Positions 41,136-48,419 of a DNA stretch of 64,000 nucleotides are shown here, piece by piece. The position numbers and the translations under genes are program-made. The notes beneath the pieces were generated by a model that was given only the letters and a program-made list of their open reading frames with translations, did no database searches and was not told where the DNA came from. Source of the stretch: a virus; the IMG/VR virus record IMGVR_UViG_3300036766_000185, positions 32,182 through 96,181 of that record; one strand, given 5' to 3'. How positions within the stretch are numbered: position 1 is the stretch's first letter; every line of letters begins with the position of its first letter.

Positions 41136-41534
41136 CTACGATTTGCTCAGCCATTTCTTTGCCTCCTTCTTAGCCCATCTGTCTGCATCACGTTCGATCC
41201 AACTTTTGTCATGAGATTTTTCGTCTCCATCCTGAATCTTTAGCAGAGCCTTCTTCAATTTCTCTGGTTCGACGTTATTGTTTTGATGAACGTGATAGAT
41301 CTCATGTAACAGAATCGTTACCGTGAAGTCATACAGACTTTTGATCTTACCCAATCGTTTTGTGAAGCGTGGGGTCTCAAACAGGTCTTTCGCGTGATCA
41401 GTGCTTAAAATGATTGAGTTTTGTGCAGCATCAAAATGCGTTGTTCCATAGTCAACCACGTCAATCGTTATCCCTTCTAGGAACGGATAGCTCGTCTTGA
41501 TCTTCTTGATTAGAGCTTTCAGTTCTTTTTTCAT
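41136..41534 (-). CDS. Small HEXXH zinc metallopeptidase-like protein
   Basis: TILLHEIYH...IERDADRWA. Confidence 0.7.
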   Translation of the reverse strand: MKKELKALIKKIKTSYPFLEGITIDVVDYGTTHFDAAQNSIILSTDHAKDLFETPRFTKRLGKIKSLYDFTVTILLHEIYHVHQNNNVEPEKLKKALLKIQDGDEKSHDKSWIERDADRWAKKEAKKWLSKS

Positions 41535-41537
41535 TGA

Positions 41538-42017
41538 TCAGACTCCTGCTGTTGCTTGCCGATTCCAAAGCTCTAGCTCTGTGTTTCGCACCTGCAATCG
41601 CGTACGAGCGCTCTGATCTTGCGGGTGCTCGTGAACTGAAATGTGCTCTGTAGAACCATACTCTACTGGCTTGGCTACTCTAGCTGGGCGCTGATCGCTC
41701 GCTAGTTGCACTCGCAGATTGCACTTGCGAAGATCGAGCGTGTTTCCATTTAAATAAACGACAATCTCTTCCTCAGCAGTCATTCCCTGATGCCCTGGGT
41801 CTAAATCAACGATCTCTCTCGCAATATTAAACCCGTACTTAGTGCCATCGTGCTTTTTCACGTAGTCTTTCGTCTCCTGCTTAAAAATGAAGAGTGGAGC
41901 ACGGTCGTATTGCGCTGCATCTTCAACGTGAAACTTTACAGGACGAACATCGAGCCGATCTTTTCTATACCCGATCGCAACAACTGTCTGTTCTTTCCCG
42001 CATTCGCAATTCTGCAT
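41538..42017 (-). CDS. Degenerate HNH-like protein
   Basis: VVYLNGNTLDLRKCNLR versus canonical VDHINGxxLDNRxxNLR. Confidence 0.5.
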   Translation of the reverse strand: MQNCECGKEQTVVAIGYRKDRLDVRPVKFHVEDAAQYDRAPLFIFKQETKDYVKKHDGTKYGFNIAREIVDLDPGHQGMTAEEEIVVYLNGNTLDLRKCNLRVQLASDQRPARVAKPVEYGSTEHISVHEHPQDQSARTRLQVRNTELELWNRQATAGV

Positions 42018-42058
42018 CTGACCCTCCTCCGCTTGGCGTTCGCTTCGTTTCTACTACA

Positions 42059-42088
42059 ATTATATCACACCGAGCATATCGGTGTCAA
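42059..42088 (-). promoter_or_regulatory. Consensus sigma70 promoter with a perfect internal inverted repeat
   Basis: TTGACA-N18-TATAAT with extended TG; ACACCGA-N5-TCGGTGT overlaps the -35 and spacer. Confidence 0.85.
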
Positions 42089-42103
42089 GATCTCGGAAAA
42101 GGG

Positions 42104-42136
42104 CTTACAAAAAGCTTACACGCCGTCTAGTATGAT
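42104..42136 (+). promoter_or_regulatory. Putative activator-dependent (Pho-box-like) promoter on the + strand
   Basis: CTTACA-N5-CTTACA-N10-TATGAT, with no -35 consensus. Confidence 0.5.
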
Positions 42137-42188
42137 AGTAGACAAGCATCCCATTAGTAGACGCGTGTCTACTAGACCAGTGCTCTCA

Positions 42189-42265
42189 TGGTGGGCTAGG
42201 CGGGATTTGAACCCGCAGCCTAGAGATTAGAAGTCTCTCGCTCTATCCATTTGAGCTACTAGCCC
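42189..42265 (-). tRNA. tRNA-Arg(UCU)
   Basis: Full cloverleaf GGGCTAG...CTAGCCC-A-CCA; anticodon arm AGAGA-CTTCTAA-TCTCT; T-loop TTCAAAT. Confidence 0.95.
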
Positions 42266-42267
42266 AT

Positions 42268-42341
42268 TGGTAGGCTGTCCTAGTGCTGCCCTAGGTTCTG
42301 CCCCTTATAAGGAGGCTGCTCTACTGTTGAGCTAACAGCCT
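42268..42341 (-). tRNA. tRNA-Ile(UAU) with non-canonical D- and T-loops
   Basis: Acceptor AGGCTGT/ACAGCCT-A-CCA; D stem GCTC/GAGC; anticodon arm GCCTC-CTTATAA-GGGGC; T stem CCTAG/CTAGG with loop GGCAGCA. Confidence 0.8.
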
Positions 42342-42648
42342 AAATCTTCGTTTGATGAGGACAGACGTGTCCATATCTAATTCCAAACTGGCAATTCATA
42401 CACAAAATCTGAAAACTCGACGGGTATTTGTTTCTCTTAAGCCAATAGTAAAACTTGGTGCCACTACCTACCTTCTCTCGATGTTTATTTCCATCACCAT
42501 TGATGTGATCAACACTAAGAAATACTATTTCTCGCTCTTCGCAACAGACACAGCATCCTCCATAAGCCTGTACTACGTCTCGCTTTAATTTCTGTTGTTG
42601 CTTTTTGATATATGCTCTAAAGTCTTTTGAAGTCTTAAATAACTTCAT
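42340..42648 (-). CDS. HNH endonuclease
   Basis: CVCC...LSVDHINGDG...ILCMNC. Confidence 0.8.
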   Translation of the reverse strand: MKLFKTSKDFRAYIKKQQQKLKRDVVQAYGGCCVCCEEREIVFLSVDHINGDGNKHREKVGSGTKFYYWLKRNKYPSSFQILCMNCQFGIRYGHVCPHQTKI

Positions 42649-43643
42649 CAGTTCGTCTCAACCTCGGCACTACATGTGCGGCAGTGCCCATCATACTTCT
42701 GAATGCTGTCTCCGATAGCCAGCGCCTTGTAACGCAGGTCGCCCAATGTAGAGTTAGCTGCATTCGTTAAATCGTTGACCACATCGAACCACGTCAACTT
42801 CTCTAGCTCTACAGCCTCTGACCACTTTTTCCAGAACTTGCTCACAAACGCCTTGGGAAACATATCTAGCACGACGGATAACTCGCGCACGTGCTTGACT
42901 TGCTGTGTCGTAGTGCTCTTGAACCAGTTCATTAGTAGCTGCGCGTGTTTGAAGTACGAGTCGTCAAAATCAAACTCGTCGCGCTGCCACACATTCATTG
43001 TTCGTGTCAACCCGTTTGTGCAGACTAGACGATTGAGTCCTGCAGCAACTTGCACCTTTCCGTTCAATGAAACGAACAGCCCGCAGTCAACGAAATCGTC
43101 CTTCTGCACTTCCTGACGCAATCGCTTCGCTAAAAATTGAAGCTCGACGTGATCGCCGTGAGACCCAACAACTACACGATCAACGCCAAGATTCTGCTTC
43201 TGCACTCCCTCAACGATGCGTGGCAAGCGCGTGTCTGCTTGTTGCCCAGGTGTCACCAGCTTTGTTCGGAGAGGCACATTCACAATCTCTTTCGTTTCTG
43301 AGTCCTCGGAAACTCCGCTCACAATGTCGATCAGCACACGCGGAGTTCCAGCATAGCCCCAGTATCGCTGCAGAGCGTCGCGCAGCGTTGAATAGTCGCC
43401 CTTTTTGTAGAGCGCGTCCCAATACTTCCCAAAAGGAGCGCTGATCTCTTGTAGTTTCAGCGTAAGCGGATACTCAACGCGCCCTTTGGGAGTGAAGCGC
43501 ACCGTTTCATCTTCGCGCCATTCACCATCCAAAATCTCTTTCGCCTCACAGACGAACGTAATTGCGTCCGTCAACTGCCCGTCGAACTTTGACCAATGAG
43601 CACTCATTTCTTCCCTCCTCGCTCTTGTTCTTCTAGCCTCCAA
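42648..43643 (-). CDS. DUF932-like protein (probable start about 43607)
   Basis: VAAGLNRLVCTNGL motif. Confidence 0.55.
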   Translation of the reverse strand: MEARRTRARREEMSAHWSKFDGQLTDAITFVCEAKEILDGEWREDETVRFTPKGRVEYPLTLKLQEISAPFGKYWDALYKKGDYSTLRDALQRYWGYAGTPRVLIDIVSGVSEDSETKEIVNVPLRTKLVTPGQQADTRLPRIVEGVQKQNLGVDRVVVGSHGDHVELQFLAKRLRQEVQKDDFVDCGLFVSLNGKVQVAAGLNRLVCTNGLTRTMNVWQRDEFDFDDSYFKHAQLLMNWFKSTTTQQVKHVRELSVVLDMFPKAFVSKFWKKWSEAVELEKLTWFDVVNDLTNAANSTLGDLRYKALAIGDSIQKYDGHCRTCSAEVETN

Positions 43644-43909
43644 AGCTTCAACACTGAACTCGTTATAGACCGAGCGACCTTGTGAAGTTCTCGGACTTGC
43701 TCTAAGTTTGCGGTCACCTGTTTCGCTTCCTCAGAAAACCCCAGTTCCCTCAAAGCCAACTCCAGCCTAGGCAATAATTGCACCCCGCCAAGCATTTCAT
43801 TTTCAAAAGTTAGCACAGACCCGTGTATGTGCCCCAAGCGCTTTTCACGATCTTTACAGTCCAACCACCCCGCATCTTCCCACCCGAAAATCTGACTCAA
43901 CTTCGCCAT
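43604..43909 (-). CDS. Hypothetical protein in the putative early region
   Basis: GGAGG RBS, directly downstream of a promoter. Confidence 0.65.
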   Translation of the reverse strand: MAKLSQIFGWEDAGWLDCKDREKRLGHIHGSVLTFENEMLGGVQLLPRLELALRELGFSEEAKQVTANLEQVRELHKVARSITSSVLKLWRLEEQERGGKK

Positions 43910-43958
43910 TCCACCCTCCTGTGTTTGACTCCGCTCCGTTCGTCCTGTCTCTACTGTA

Positions 43959-43988
43959 AGTATATCACACCTGACATATCGGTGTCAA
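43959..43988 (-). promoter_or_regulatory. Sigma70-type promoter of the repeated family
   Basis: TTGACA-CCGATATGTCAGGTGTGA-TATACT. Confidence 0.82.
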
Positions 43989-43995
43989 GTCGGCA

Positions 43996-44877
43996 TTAAG
44001 ATATATCTCTCTTGTCTCGAAAAGCTAAGAATACAGGGAATCTGGGTACATCTTTGACTCCATAGGGCTGAAACTTGAAGGTGACGATCTTCCCTTTTAA
44101 CGTGTCGCGTGTCTTCCAAAGCTCGTCTCGCTGTGCGTCATTGAAACCCGTCCCGATGTTGAACTCGTTCGTAAAGTCTTTGCTCTTGACGATGAGTGCT
44201 CCCAGCGTTCCAACAGGGACCAAGTTTTCTTTGTGGCTGCTTCGTTCTGTTCGTCCAAAGGCGTCCTTCTTAGCCTCGTTGGCGTTGTGCATCTTTTCTT
44301 CGTAGCCAACGACAACGGCTTCGGCATCACTGAATCGCTTCAACTTGAGTAGATAGCCTTCTTTTGATGTAGAACGACCACATTTATATGGCCCGTCAGG
44401 AGAGCGGAGCATAACTCCCTCATAACCTTCTGCTAAACAGCGCTCCTCGTACGCAAGCAGGCACTCTTTATTTTTAATCTCAATGGGAAGCACTAGACTG
44501 CACCCTTTTGGAGCGTGAAGCTTTTCGAGTCGCTTCATTCTCAAGCGGTACGGCTCTTGCAGATGACCCTCAACCGCGTAATCAAAAATGAAGTACGTAA
44601 CGTCGGGAGTACCATCAACGCTCATAACTGCGTGAGTCGCCTCTTGAAAAGTACCACCCTCGATCATCAATTCGCCATCTACACCATCAGGAAAGTTCTT
44701 CTCGACAAAATCTCGAACATGGTCGTTGGGAATGGGCTTAAATGAACGGCTGAGCAGTCGCCCGCCGATCTTAAGAGCGCGAATGCCGTCTAGCTTGGGA
44801 GTGCAGAGCACGGGGTACACGATATCTGACAAAGATTCAAGCTTAGCCGCCAGCATTGGTTTAGTCAATCTCGACAT
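43996..44877 (-). CDS. ATP-dependent DNA ligase (minimal type; start MSRLTKPMLA)
   Basis: KLDGIR motif I, DGEL, FDY, EGVMLR, LLKLK, OB domain ending PRFP; AGGAGGT RBS before the ATG at 44877. Confidence 0.92.
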   Translation of the reverse strand: MSRLTKPMLAAKLESLSDIVYPVLCTPKLDGIRALKIGGRLLSRSFKPIPNDHVRDFVEKNFPDGVDGELMIEGGTFQEATHAVMSVDGTPDVTYFIFDYAVEGHLQEPYRLRMKRLEKLHAPKGCSLVLPIEIKNKECLLAYEERCLAEGYEGVMLRSPDGPYKCGRSTSKEGYLLKLKRFSDAEAVVVGYEEKMHNANEAKKDAFGRTERSSHKENLVPVGTLGALIVKSKDFTNEFNIGTGFNDAQRDELWKTRDTLKGKIVTFKFQPYGVKDVPRFPVFLAFRDKRDIS

Positions 44878-44909
44878 TGTACCTCCTTTCCTCTCGTTTC
44901 TGCTTCTAT

Positions 44910-45074
44910 CTATAGTATAGCACACCCCGAACTCGGTGTCAAGATCTCCTGCTGCTTGGCTTCGTCCGGTCGATGAGTCTCACAGTGATAACAGAGCTTC
45001 CAGAAAGCCCTATTCCAAAATGAACACATGGTGCATTGCCAATACTCTATCCCATTCAGAGATCGTGTCCTCAT
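44910..45074 (-). CDS. Small protein with a RanBP2-type zinc finger
   Basis: WQCTMCSFWNRAFWKLCYHC fits W-x-C-x2-C-x3-N-x6-C-x2-C; start lies downstream of the 45120 promoter. Confidence 0.65.
   Translation of the reverse strand: MRTRSLNGIEYWQCTMCSFWNRAFWKLCYHCETHRPDEAKQQEILTPSSGCAIL
44914..44942 (-). promoter_or_regulatory. Sigma70-type promoter of the repeated family
   Basis: TTGACA-CCGAGTTCGGGGTGTGC-TATACT. Confidence 0.82.
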
Positions 45075-45119
45075 TGTCTCTCGCCCCGCTGCTCGTCTGT
45101 CGCTTTCGTTTCTATCTAT

Positions 45120-45148
45120 AGTATACACTACCTCGAACTTAGTGTCAA
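45120..45148 (-). promoter_or_regulatory. Sigma70-type promoter of the repeated family
   Basis: TTGACA-CTAAGTTCGAGGTAGTG-TATACT. Confidence 0.8.
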
Positions 45149-45157
45149 GATTTCTGT

Positions 45158-45325
45158 TCACTCCCACTTCGTAACTTTCCCAATCAAAGCTACAAGTCGC
45201 TGTCTCCACTCTTCCTTCTGCTTTTTGCTAAACACGTCTGAACCCTCGTAACCACCCGCAAGGTACAGCGTCAGATCGGTTAGCTGCTTGCTGGTCAAGC
45301 GCAGCACCGCGATGTTCTCTGGCAT
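45158..45325 (-). CDS. Small hypothetical protein (55 aa; below the ORF-track cutoff)
   Basis: MPENIAVLRLTSKQLTDLTLYLAGGYEGSDVFSKKQKEEWRQRLVALIGKVTKWE with a GGAGGTG RBS. Confidence 0.65.
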   Translation of the reverse strand: MPENIAVLRLTSKQLTDLTLYLAGGYEGSDVFSKKQKEEWRQRLVALIGKVTKWE

Positions 45326-45372
45326 CAACGTCTCACCTCCCTTCGTTTTTGTTCGCCCTCGTTTCTACTACT

Positions 45373-45426
45373 AGTATACACTACCTGTGTAAGGACCGTG
45401 TTAGCTCCTTGTAAGCTTTTTGTAAG
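45373..45426 (-). promoter_or_regulatory. Promoter with four 11-bp-phased CT(T/A)ACA direct repeats in place of the -35 (Pho-box/OmpR-like)
   Basis: CTTACA-AAAAG-CTTACA-AGGAG-CTAACA-CGGTC-CTTACA-N9-TATACT. Confidence 0.65.
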
Positions 45427-45752
45427 CCCTTTAGGCAGTAGACGCACGTCTATTTTAAACAGTTTGAGCGACTTGAAAGTGTCAGTCGCTCTTCTTTTCT
45501 TTCTTTTCGTCTTAAATGGCACGTTTTTGTTCTTTCTTTTGCTTTTTCTTCTTTTGTTTTATATGCTCCTCATCGCTTCCTATCTTAAGTATAGCAGATG
45601 AAGGCGTGATAGAAAACTATTCGTTTAGATACAGAAAAGCCCCGCTCTCCGAACTATAAAGAACGAGGCCAAAAGATGTATGAAGCTAGTTTGATACTCT
45701 CTAAACGTCTTGAATGCAACCGCAATACTGAAGGACGCGAGCGCGATACTGT

Positions 45753-45932
45753 CTATCTCGACTGAGGATAGTTCCCTTGATGAAGCTTCGTTAGAGCCTT
45801 GAGCACGTCGCCCTTGGTTTCTCTGAGAGCTTGATTGAATTTCTTCTCCCATTCCTGATAACCACGAGGATAGTGAATGGGAATCTTTTTCTCTTTTATT
45901 ACTTTTAGAAGCTGACTTTCCATTGTGTACAT
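45753..45932 (-). CDS. Small hypothetical protein (59 aa; below the ORF-track cutoff)
   Basis: MYTMESQLLKVIKEKKIPIHYPRGYQEWEKKFNQALRETKGDVLKALTKLHQGNYPQSR starts 3 nt after the stop of 45936..46526. Confidence 0.5.
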   Translation of the reverse strand: MYTMESQLLKVIKEKKIPIHYPRGYQEWEKKFNQALRETKGDVLKALTKLHQGNYPQSR

Positions 45933-45935
45933 AGT

Positions 45936-46526
45936 TTATCCTGAATCGTCTTTCTCTAATAGCAGCGGTGAGACTGAAAACTCTGAGGGAGTCTGTCCTG
46001 TTTTATAAATTACAGACGCACCGGAGTGTGTTACTGTCCATTCCTCTCCAGCATTCTGTTCGGTTAGCAAATCGCTAGTGGCTCTGAGCATTTTGTTATC
46101 ACCATTATTTGTTATGTCGGGATTGACAATCGTTATGCTACTGGCAATATGATAGGTTATGGGACCTGGTAGGATACCAATGTCGTGTCCAGCTTCTATA
46201 AGCGGAACAATCTCCTGATTCAGCGTGTAGAGAACAATTTTATTATTCTCGATTGTCAAAACGCAGGGCTTAGTTCCAATTCTTCGTGCTGATGAATCTG
46301 TAATACTGTAAAGGTATTCATCTCCTCCTACAGTATCTCCTAATGGACCAAGAGGAGGAGCAGTCTCTACTCTCCCTCCTGAGTCATACGGAGTCAATTT
46401 TGTCTTCATTAGATTGACAAAAAAGGTGTCTGTAATTGCAACATCTGAATCTATAATCTCTGTCTCAGGATCGACGATTGTTCTAACAAACGGAATTAGA
46501 GACGTAATGTTCCAAAAGACTATCAT
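45936..46526 (-). CDS. Putative tail/structural protein
   Basis: Last large gene of the virion module; T/S/G-rich. Confidence 0.45.
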   Translation of the reverse strand: MIVFWNITSLIPFVRTIVDPETEIIDSDVAITDTFFVNLMKTKLTPYDSGGRVETAPPLGPLGDTVGGDEYLYSITDSSARRIGTKPCVLTIENNKIVLYTLNQEIVPLIEAGHDIGILPGPITYHIASSITIVNPDITNNGDNKMLRATSDLLTEQNAGEEWTVTHSGASVIYKTGQTPSEFSVSPLLLEKDDSG

Positions 46527-48418
46527 GGAACCACCCCGAAAGAATTAAGCGGAGTTATATCTGTATACGGAGAATGAAAGTGAACTCCAAATATTGTATC
46601 GTGAACAGGATTTGTACCCGTGCCAACAGATTTTTCTGAAGCAGTCCAAGTACAAGTGGAACCAGGAAGTTCAGCCCCAGTGATATGGATCACGTACTGT
46701 TTGTTAGATTCGAGTCCCTCGTGAGTTTCCCATTTAACTATCTTCGAGTACGGGGTGCCGCTGTTTCCGACTACTCTAATTGCCCAACCATCAGCAATAC
46801 TGTCAACCAGGTCTCCTTCATCAAATATAGTAATCCCGCTCGCGTGTCCTACTCGTACTGGGAAGGCGTAGGTTCCTGTTCGATCAAACACTTGAAGCAT
46901 TCTCGAATCGAACCGTTCCTGAAACACCTCTGGGAAGAATAATTCAGGAATCCCTGGAGAAATTGGAACACCTCCGGTACTTGGCTCCGTGCTAGGGCTG
47001 ATGTGACCAGTTGCTCCGTCTATTACAGGAACGAAACCGAACGCAGGGTTTGCGTGATGTATCAGTAGAAAGTACCCAGGAGCACTAAGAAATGTATGAT
47101 CGGACGCTTTAGTTACTCCGTAACGAATCCATTCCTCTATAAATACAATCGGTTGAAATGAGAGTCTATCATCATAGACTTTCGGTGTAGTTTTAACTCC
47201 CGCTGTCCCACTAACTTCTGTTACGCGGCCTCCATTTCCCTCTTCTCCAAAGGTATCAACGCCATAAATGGGGGATGTTGCGTCAGCGGCGGCAGCATTA
47301 AAAAGAAATAAGTCGCCATCTGTCAAAGCTATGTCGGATGAAACACTCGCCCAGGGAGAAAACTCCCAGGTTCTACTCGTGGCTAGCGTAGCTCCATTAG
47401 AATCAGAAATCCAATCTGTTTCTGTTACGGTCAAATTAGAATTGATAGCAGCTAGAGTATAGTTAACAATTGCAATTTCTGCTGCTGAATAGAACACTTT
47501 ATTCTTTACGGATTTAACTACGCCAATGTTTTTCCCATCTTTAGGATCGACAGTTATCCCTTGATACTGCCAGGTTCCCCCGCCGTTCCTAATGGTAATC
47601 TTTAATACAATCTCACTGGAAGTGAGAGGAATTAGCCCATGCCCACTTATCCCATCTCCATTGCCAAATGTTACAGTTCCAGTAGTTGCACTATAAGAAA
47701 AAAACTGTGCAGTTGAGGCAGCAACTAAAAGCTCGGCAGAAGTTACTCGCGTCCACTTTGTTCCCGCCACGGTTACAATTGCATTCCCTCTTGTCGGAAC
47801 TAAAATTGCAGAGCCAGAAACAGTAAATGCTTGGTTGGGAGATCCGTTGCTAGTCCCAAGAGACTCGACATTTACAAAATCATAACGAGTGATGAAGCTG
47901 GTAACTATATTTGTCCTTTGAGTCAAAGATGGAGTATTAAAGAAATTATCACTATCAATCTCGGCTATAGCTTTGACGATCTCAGTAGATTGTTCAATTC
48001 TAGATGGTGTGAATTCCTCTAGAAACAACGAGATTCTATCTGAAAATCTAGAAAAACTGCCACTATTAAAAGTCATGTCAGCGGGTAGCAACTCACTTGT
48101 CGTGAGCCAACTGTTAGGAAGATCTCCAAATGTTGATACTCCGCTTGGTGCTGCAGGGAATGGTGCAGGAACACTTGGTTCGCTATGTGTCTGTCCAGCC
48201 AATACTCCCTCTGGATCCGCGGTTGTAAACTCATCACAACTAGATGCTGTTACATTTTGTCTAAACCACAAACGTGGATATGGAAATAAAACACCTGGCA
48301 TATCTGCAACTTCTTGATAGGAAAAGCGCCCTACATTTATAAAGGTCCCATCATCCTGATCAAAAAACCAGGCTGAATTTGCTCCAGCTTTTCCAAACTT
48401 AGCATCAATTTGTGGCAT
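46523..48418 (-). CDS. Tail tip/baseplate-associated protein
   Basis: LGTSNGSPNQAF...WTRV...VTFGNG..G.GLIP baseplate-type domain, shared with 55507..56598. Confidence 0.55.
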   Translation of the reverse strand: MPQIDAKFGKAGANSAWFFDQDDGTFINVGRFSYQEVADMPGVLFPYPRLWFRQNVTASSCDEFTTADPEGVLAGQTHSEPSVPAPFPAAPSGVSTFGDLPNSWLTTSELLPADMTFNSGSFSRFSDRISLFLEEFTPSRIEQSTEIVKAIAEIDSDNFFNTPSLTQRTNIVTSFITRYDFVNVESLGTSNGSPNQAFTVSGSAILVPTRGNAIVTVAGTKWTRVTSAELLVAASTAQFFSYSATTGTVTFGNGDGISGHGLIPLTSSEIVLKITIRNGGGTWQYQGITVDPKDGKNIGVVKSVKNKVFYSAAEIAIVNYTLAAINSNLTVTETDWISDSNGATLATSRTWEFSPWASVSSDIALTDGDLFLFNAAAADATSPIYGVDTFGEEGNGGRVTEVSGTAGVKTTPKVYDDRLSFQPIVFIEEWIRYGVTKASDHTFLSAPGYFLLIHHANPAFGFVPVIDGATGHISPSTEPSTGGVPISPGIPELFFPEVFQERFDSRMLQVFDRTGTYAFPVRVGHASGITIFDEGDLVDSIADGWAIRVVGNSGTPYSKIVKWETHEGLESNKQYVIHITGAELPGSTCTWTASEKSVGTGTNPVHDTIFGVHFHSPYTDITPLNSFGVVP

Positions 48419-48419
48419 A

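Noticed and set aside
42120-42188. Self-cleaving (HDV-like/theta) ribozyme downstream of the tRNAs
   Set aside because: I could not build the nested pseudoknot; the region is explained by a palindrome and promoter elements
23191-45148. Repeated 30-bp motif as a CRISPR array or att sites
   Set aside because: Copies are dispersed, mostly intergenic, co-oriented with genes and match -35/-10 spacing; there is no regular spacer structure and no integrase
45325-45852. ORFs 45325..45522 and 45625..45852 as genes
   Set aside because: The first runs through promoter repeats, a hairpin and the T-tract; the second is out of frame with a better-placed 59-aa ORF at 45753..45932
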